A stretch of 64,000 bases of DNA from Leptogorgia sarmentosa (Eukaryota), in the NCBI GenBank assembly GCA_964658305.1, contig OZ210885.1, positions 17,298,001 to 17,362,000 on the forward strand, written 5' to 3'. Below, one piece after another: positions 63,152 to 64,000 of the stretch. Within the stretch, counting starts at the first letter, position 1. Every line of letters begins with the position of its first letter. The notes under the pieces were generated by a model. It saw only the letters and a program-made list of their open reading frames with translations, searched no databases and was not told the DNA's origin. Made by a program: the position numbers and the translations under genes.

Positions 63152-64000
63152 TGTAATAAATTCGTCGTTTATTCGAGTAAATAACGGTTGTCTTTCCCAA
63201 AAAATATCGTTTAATTTACATTATAACTTGAACCAAAAGCATGCACATGCATTCTGTCCATAACAACCGTTCTCATTGGACGGAATATAATTATACAACA
63301 ACATAAATTAAAATAATTAGAATTAATAACTAAATGTTTACTACACTGCCCGGGGTTGATCATCTATGATGATCAAACAGTTGATAACCTTCGCAGTGCT
63401 TCTCCTTGAACAGCAGCTCTTCGTCGTGGTCGTCCACCGTCTGTCGGTTCGCCATCTTGCTCATCATGTTGGCTCTTAGATGGTTCTTCAGCCGACGAGC
63501 ACTCCTGCTCTGTTTCTGTACTCACTTCGTACGACGCCTTGACTTCCAATGGAATCAAGTGCTGGATGACTCTTCGAATACAAGTCGGATTCCTTTCGTT
63601 GTTGGCCACTCTGACTCTCGCTGCATGTATCTTTCCGTCTTTGCTTGTCAACAATTCCTCAACTCTAGCCAGCTTCCAAAATGCTCCTTTCGTACAGTCT
63701 GACTTTACTACGACAATGTCACCCACGGAAATGTTCGTTGAATTGGAACCTGCTTTAGCCCTTGATTTACAAGCCACATTTTCTCGGAGATTGAGCAAGT
63801 ACTCTCGTTGCCATTGGCTTGTGAATTGCTGTAGAACTTTCCTTTGATGTCTTGTGCGTTTCGTGAGAATTCTGTTGGTGTTTACAATTTCGAAGTGCTC
63901 ATCGTTCGGCATTGGTGTTATTCGTCGACCATTAATCAGCTGGGATGGTGTAAGTGGGTACGAAAGGGATTCTTCGTCATCATAGACGTAGGTAGTTGGA
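63152..64000 (-). mobile_element. 3' end of another BEL/Pao element (integrase C-terminus/DUF5641 and 3' LTR about 63152-63345)
   Basis: PTTYVY...PLTPSQLINGRR; WQREYLLNLRE; VGDIVVVK...WKLARVEELL...DGKIHAARV...LIPLEV; LTR bounded by TG...CA. Confidence 0.85.

Overview
AT-rich animal genomic DNA, probably cnidarian (inferred from the element repertoire and intron-containing transposases). It consists almost entirely of nested, partly decayed transposable elements, and no conventional host protein-coding gene is recognisable. From left to right: an IS3EU-like end inserted into an EnSpm/CACTA element (divergent SAM-domain gene plus spliced transposase); an AcademH-like remnant (transposase plus RecQ helicase) split by a LINE tail; Gypsy pol and Helitron Rep-Hel fragments; a second IS3EU-like element; an R2-group (NeSL/Utopia-like) LINE split by an L2 LINE that is itself split by a non-autonomous EnSpm; a complete Harbinger; a Tx1 LINE fused directly behind a U1 snRNA 5' fragment; a CRE-clade LINE; a U2 snRNA 5' fragment; a Crypton-like hairpin; a decayed ORF joining USP and Ulp1 protease domains to a putative MULE-type transposase; several BEL/Pao elements (one full-length with a single premature stop); and a hAT element with an intact 723-aa transposase. 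The two most notable observations are (1) an apparent fossil U1/U2 snRNA locus whose genes break at or near the sites used by snRNA-targeting retrotransposons and (2) the USP-Ulp1-transposase fusion. All family names come from manual motif recognition, not database searches.
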